Shown here: piece after piece, positions 59,233-64,000 of the stretch
Numbering within the stretch: position 1 is the stretch's first letter
Layout of the letters: every line of letters begins with the position of its first letter
Assembly (NCBI RefSeq): GCF_023055435.1
Contig: NW_025963813.1
Coordinates: forward strand, 27,590,001-27,654,000
Direction of reading: 5' to 3'
Source: Haliotis rufescens
Taxonomy: Eukaryota
DNA length: 64,000 bases
Position numbers and translations under genes: made by a program
The notes under the pieces: model-generated
Seen by the model: the letters and a program-made list of their open reading frames with translations, nothing else
Databases searched by the model: none
What the model was told of the DNA's origin: nothing

Positions 59233-59850
59233 TCACCAATACCTGGGGCCAATCATTGCTTTAGATGAGTCTAAATGGTAATAAAAATATTCTTTATTAT
59301 TTTTATCAATAAAGCGATATTCAAGTTCTTCGTCTTTCTCGTCTTCGCTAATACCACTGGTCTTATGAGATTTTGATTGAATCTCCTGCTTCATTGCGTT
59401 GTATTTGGTGAGTTCCGACAGCACTAAACGAAACTCATCCTCGGATATCTTACAATCGACTATTGCTGTTGAAATATGATCCTCAATGCTGTTCAACTTT
59501 GCTTCGGCGAGTATCCAAATACTATCGTGTTTTAATGCTTTCTTTTGTAACCTACGAGAAATGAATTTTATCGCTATTCCTGCCAGTCCCAAGACTCCAG
59601 CGGCTATTTCCATGCCGAGCACGATAGGCGCGGCGATTTTAGTTACACCGATTCGCATGCCAGCTGCTACAAGCGCGGTGTCAACTCCGTCCAGAGCATT
59701 CATGGCTCTGCGATACTTTTTATACAATCCAAGTCTCAACTCCCTATCCTTCTCTATTCGATGTTTTATGTCGCTTATTTGATGTAATCGAAATCCATCA
59801 ACAGGTTCCATCTTTTCAATTGCTTCATCGAGCGCTGGATATAAACCCAT
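59233..59850 (-). CDS. Hydrophobic-hairpin Polinton protein, copy 2 (fused by deletion to the tail of the next ORF)
   Basis: Homologue of 32603-33097; starts MGLYPAL. Confidence 0.7.
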   Translation of the reverse strand: MGLYPALDEAIEKMEPVDGFRLHQISDIKHRIEKDRELRLGLYKKYRRAMNALDGVDTALVAAGMRIGVTKIAAPIVLGMEIAAGVLGLAGIAIKFISRRLQKKALKHDSIWILAEAKLNSIEDHISTAIVDCKISEDEFRLVLSELTKYNAMKQEIQSKSHKTSGISEDEKDEELEYRFIDKNNKEYFYYHLDSSKAMIGPRYW

Positions 59851-59864
59851 AGTCTATATTACGA

Positions 59865-60668
59865 TCATATAATAGTCTTTAATTGGTCTTGCTTAAATGT
59901 TTTGAGAGTATACATCAACCTTATTAAATGTATATTAAACGGCAAGAATATCTTAGTAAGAGAAATACTACCACTTTTAATAATTTGGACCCCCTCGAGG
60001 GTTGCAATGGGCGATGCTCCGATATGAATAATACTGCAACGTTGACGCTCATGTTTCTTGAGCCATTTAATTGATAGACCTGGAAATATTTCGAAGGCAT
60101 CTACCGGTACGTCTCCGAACAAGACTTCAATAATAAGCGTAGAAATATTAGGTATTGCACTCAGGTTAACTTTAATATCATCGAATTCAGTAACCAAATT
60201 TAAACTAACATTTTTAACTGCCGGACGACTATATAACATATGACCTGGGTCTTCTGGCAGAAAAGTGACGAACACACTTTTTCGTTTTGATGGGATATAA
60301 GCCGCGAGTACGATGCCACTATTTATTATCTTAGTTAAATTATGTCCCTTACCCATCATCACATAAGGTGGGGTAATGACGATATTCAGTAGGCACTCGA
60401 TGTTTGCGTCGACCATAGTCCATTTATTATCGTCGTTGCGAGTAATACTATACGAAGTGTTTTTAATGAGTCTCCTAACATCGACATCGCTTAAATCTTC
60501 TAGATTACCTGTGAATGTAACTTCTTTCCGCTTGTATACATTATCGTGTAAGTGTAAAGTGTATAACTTACCATTGGTACCGGGTTTATCGAATCCTTCT
60601 GTGTCTCCGAGATCGGAAAGCGCAATTGTATTACATTGTCTGAGTTCCAGGGCCTGATGAATCAACCA
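59865..60668 (-). CDS. Polinton ORF of unknown function (~266 aa)
   Basis: Open frame; homologue of 33118-33925; 5' end possibly frameshifted. Confidence 0.65.
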   Translation of the reverse strand, partial: WLIHQALELRQCNTIALSDLGDTEGFDKPGTNGKLYTLHLHDNVYKRKEVTFTGNLEDLSDVDVRRLIKNTSYSITRNDDNKWTMVDANIECLLNIVITPPYVMMGKGHNLTKIINSGIVLAAYIPSKRKSVFVTFLPEDPGHMLYSRPAVKNVSLNLVTEFDDIKVNLSAIPNISTLIIEVLFGDVPVDAFEIFPGLSIKWLKKHERQRCSIIHIGASPIATLEGVQIIKSGSISLTKIFLPFNIHLIRLMYTLKTFKQDQLKTII

Positions 60669-61348
60669 TTATTTATAATATGGAGTGTTACACTTAAGTA
60701 TCCTATATGTACAGGTTGGTGTTTTACATCTAATACAGAAATTTTGAGGTCTGAAATAATACCCCGCTTTAATTTTTTATATTTTAATGTTGAGAAAGAT
60801 TCTGTTCTACCGCTATTATATTTTTCGTTTTTCACTGGAACACTTCTGAGCAGAGTTGAAGGACTTTCGAGTTGAATATTATCCGTCGTGCTTATTTGAT
60901 CAAGATGGATGCACAACTCTTTATAGGGAACTAAATCGGGTAAATCACGTCCCTGATTTGATGCAACGATTACTGGCATTTCTTTCAATCCAAGTGTAAT
61001 TGCTAAGTTATTGTAAAGAATTACACCTCTTCCTACAAAGTCTAATTTCAGTATCCCATTCGACTCATTTTGTGTGAGACTAAATCCATTAGGCTTAAAA
61101 ATTTCATCATTGAGTGAGCATACGCTGTAATACCCATCAGGTATAATTATGTGAGTATCAAGAACATTGTAGTCGTTTTCATCTAATATATATATCTCAT
61201 TATTACCTGTCGCAGCATTTATATTGGTCCACAGCGGGTAATACGTTACATCGCATAGAGCTACTTCGAGTTGTCCATCCGAGTTATCGATAGTATGAAG
61301 CAGTTCAATAGACTGACCATTTGTTATTCCCGGGAGTGTAACATACAT
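60662..61348 (-). CDS. Probable minor capsid (penton, single jelly-roll) protein, intact 228 aa
   Basis: LEVAL..V..Y..W.NI, IPDGYYS, ELCIHLD, LLRSVP, F..LKYKKL...ISDLKISVLD...P....VTLHI pattern as in Polinton mCPs. Confidence 0.78.
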   Translation of the reverse strand: MYVTLPGITNGQSIELLHTIDNSDGQLEVALCDVTYYPLWTNINAATGNNEIYILDENDYNVLDTHIIIPDGYYSVCSLNDEIFKPNGFSLTQNESNGILKLDFVGRGVILYNNLAITLGLKEMPVIVASNQGRDLPDLVPYKELCIHLDQISTTDNIQLESPSTLLRSVPVKNEKYNSGRTESFSTLKYKKLKRGIISDLKISVLDVKHQPVHIGYLSVTLHIINNG

Positions 61349-61360
61349 ATTAAATATACA

Positions 61361-62686
61361 ATGATACTATATCATAACTTTAATATGAAATCAACTTACA
61401 TTACTAATCAATCGATTATAGTAACTGCCTCTGGTGCTGAATTTTTAGTTAAATTCCCCGATATCTTTAAAAATTACAGGGTCACGGCAACTAGCGATAA
61501 AATGGTGCACGATTGGTTTCACAATCCAATGCAATTTTGGCAGAATCAGTTAAACTTTGCCGTATGGTGTGCCACAACGGGATGTGGTGTATCTGTTAAT
61601 GCACCAGGATTTAAACTATATAAGTCTGTTATATTATTTCACGTGTACTATCAGATTAGACGTATACTTAAAGAAATTAGTGCTCCGTTACCGCATGATC
61701 AAGCGTGGAATTCCACAAATAATCCGTACAATAGGTCCGCGTATGAGCATATTTGTCAGGAATTTAATGTTTCTACGAGTAAAGATTGGCGTATTAAAGG
61801 AGCAAACCATGGTCTAGGTGTTCCTTACACAGAGGAAAAAATAACCATCAAAGAAGAAAGCGATTATGTATATAAAGAACTTAATAAATTTCCAGTTGAT
61901 TTTCCTAAGTTGTTGCGTACCAGCAAACTTTACTCAAGAATATATGATCATTATAAAAAAAACAGTCATTGGTATAAAGGCTGGGAACTTTATAGTAACG
62001 ATTGGAGAGGGGATATTATGAGTTTTAAGAGTGGGTCTATTTATATTGTTAAAAAATTTATACAACTGAACGATAACGCTTGGAATGAATTTCTTACTGA
62101 TAAAACGGAAAATAATTTTACTAACCCAGGATTTGTAAGATTTAATAAATCGATAAGAACTTATGTATAGGCAATTCTCGGAGCACAATCGCAAACATGA
62201 ACGTCCATTATCGGTACTGGGACGGCGTTCGATGCACAAAAACAGTTTGTCGCAAACCTGGAGGACGCCATTTATTCACCAGTTGACATACTATCGTCTA
62301 TAAAGCGTTTTCAAGATGTATTACAGTATGCTCAATCCAAAAGGGACTTCGTCTATGCGCCGGGATTATACATGTCTCCGAGTAATATGGAACTTAAGAT
62401 CGGCCAAGTGATAGGCTATAATAATAATAAAATTGTTATTGCTACCGATCAACAAAAACCAGGTATTAATTCAGATATTAACGTCGAATTAATAACGAAA
62501 ACAATCACAGGCGAAAAGGGAATAGTCAAGCCGCAAACACCAACTATCGCTCAACCATCTACTAACGCACAAACACAAGTGCCACCACATATTGCGGCTA
62601 AAAATCAACAACATATCAATGAAAAAACAGCGCTTGTATTAGGTGGAGTCGCGGCTGGTTTACTCATGATTTGGTTAGCGAACTGA
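61361..62686 (+). pseudogene. Membrane-anchored ~430-aa Polinton protein, copy 2 (two nonsense codons)
   Basis: Homologue of 34513-35834; stops at 62168-70 and 62198-200. Confidence 0.78.
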
Positions 62687-63842
62687 TTCGGTTAAATAGT
62701 TCTTAGCGGATACGTACAACAGCCCTGCAATTGCTACGATCAACCCCCACAAGGTTTGACTAAGCCAAGTGGTGGTCTTAGCTAATAAATTCAAGAGCCA
62801 GGAAACTAAACTCCCTATTATACCGGGAAGTGCAGACGCGGCTTTCTCAGCGAGCTTTTCCAGTGCTGAACCTAATGCTTTTAAATGCTTTTTTATCCAC
62901 TCTTTTATACCATCCGACGTAGGCGGTGATCCGCCACCACCTGTACCACCTGTGCCACCGGTTAACGCGAGAGTCAAAATTGATATAATAAATCCCAACG
63001 CGGTTAAAATACTGGCAATTGTTATTCCCTGTTCTCTGAACAATGTTTTAACTCCATCGATAGTTTCTCGAATTTCGACTGATTTGCGAATGAAGTGCCT
63101 CTCTATTAGTAGGAGCAGCCTCGAGGTGGGCCGATATTTCCTCTTCTAAGTTACACAATCTTTCCGCTACGCGGCGTCTACTGAACTCATCGCCCACCTG
63201 TTCAAGTTTTGTTTTCTCGTAAACCATATGCTTGTCGATTTCGGATATCTTGGCCATATTATTGATGAGTTCTCCCCGCATTGTTCGCATTGCCTTATCA
63301 GGACCTCGTAATTCCCTAATACTGAACTCCGAATATGGTGATACACTGACCGTGGAATTATCAGAGTAGGTACCCAAGATTTCTTCGAGTCCGTCCGAGG
63401 CCACCTTTGAGGAAGCTTCCAAATTATCTGTGTTACTGAGTTCAGTACGCACAGTCCTAAGAACCTTAGTAGTCTTCGCGGAAAGTCGTGAGTAGTCTAC
63501 AAAACCTAATTCATCACGAACAGTGCTGATACCGTGTTTACCGGCTATCGTAGACAAGGCTAGGGGCTTACGAATACGAGAATGCATAAGGTCAATATCC
63601 GGAGAGACACGCAGTCGCAATATTCCTTAACTATCTATTGTAAACATTGAATACTCACGACCAATAGGACTATCATCTTTAAAGGTATCGTAATAATCAT
63701 CAACGGTTGATTGTAAAAGTTTTTCACCACCGGTTGCTTGTGAAAGTTCATCCATAAGATTCGTGCCACTAAAGCTGGTTTCATTAGTACCCTCTTCGAT
63801 TGGATTCGGGTAATCTAAATAATCCAGATCAAAATCAGTCAT
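62675..63842 (-). pseudogene. Coiled-coil plus membrane-helix protein, copy 2
   Basis: ORFs 63627-63947, 63048-63620 and 62675-63043 join into a homologue of 35809-36969. Confidence 0.78.
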
Positions 63843-63882
63843 TTTTATATTAAACATATGGTTATATAATTTCAATATAACA

Positions 63883-64000
63883 TTGTCTTCGCAATACGGA
63901 CGCAAGTTAAACCTGCAACGTAGACTTCGAGATCCATTAGGGGTCAAAGCAATTTGTCAGTCTGTAACTATAACTAATAACCCTAGTAACATCGATCAGA
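63883..64000 (+). pseudogene. Start of the probable major capsid gene, copy 2
   Basis: SSQYGRKLNLQRRLRDPLGVKAI matches 37010 onward; ATG is changed to TTG. Confidence 0.7.

Larger units (their letters stand above)
59090..64000. mobile_element. Polinton/Maverick-type element, copy 2 (left part; runs off the window)
   Basis: TIR AGTAGTATAGGTAATGATGGTTCTGG...CAACGATAGTCAT at 59090-59208; same gene order and orientation as copy 1, visibly diverged. Confidence 0.93.

Overview
Eukaryotic, repeat-rich invertebrate DNA. A marine mollusc such as an abalone is my guess from the SINE types and gene content, and it is inference only. Two systems are interleaved. (1) A birth-and-death array of intronless, secreted iduronate-2-sulfatase-like (formylglycine, CxPxR) genes: two intact 506-aa paralogues (5571-7091, 11563-13083) from a tandem duplication, one copy with a single frameshift (26105-27626), one decayed copy (50098-51482) and about seven fragments on both strands. 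(2) Two copies of a Polinton/Maverick-type endogenous virus: a full-span but pseudogenised element (32137-49120, ~120-bp AGTAGT... TIRs) and a second, diverged copy from 59090 to beyond the window end. The element has pPolB, rve integrase, A32-type ATPase, and probable major and minor capsid genes. It shows no recognisable adenain protease, has 6-7 membrane-protein ORFs, an AATATA-N2-5-ATG motif before many genes, and a hairpin inside each TIR. Other elements: a PIF/Harbinger transposon with both ends and CAG TSD (15615-20871), three Tc1/mariner relics, LINE relics, Penelope-like hammerhead-type pieces, three tRNA-SINE families and several mini/microsatellites. All calls are by eye; no database searches were run.
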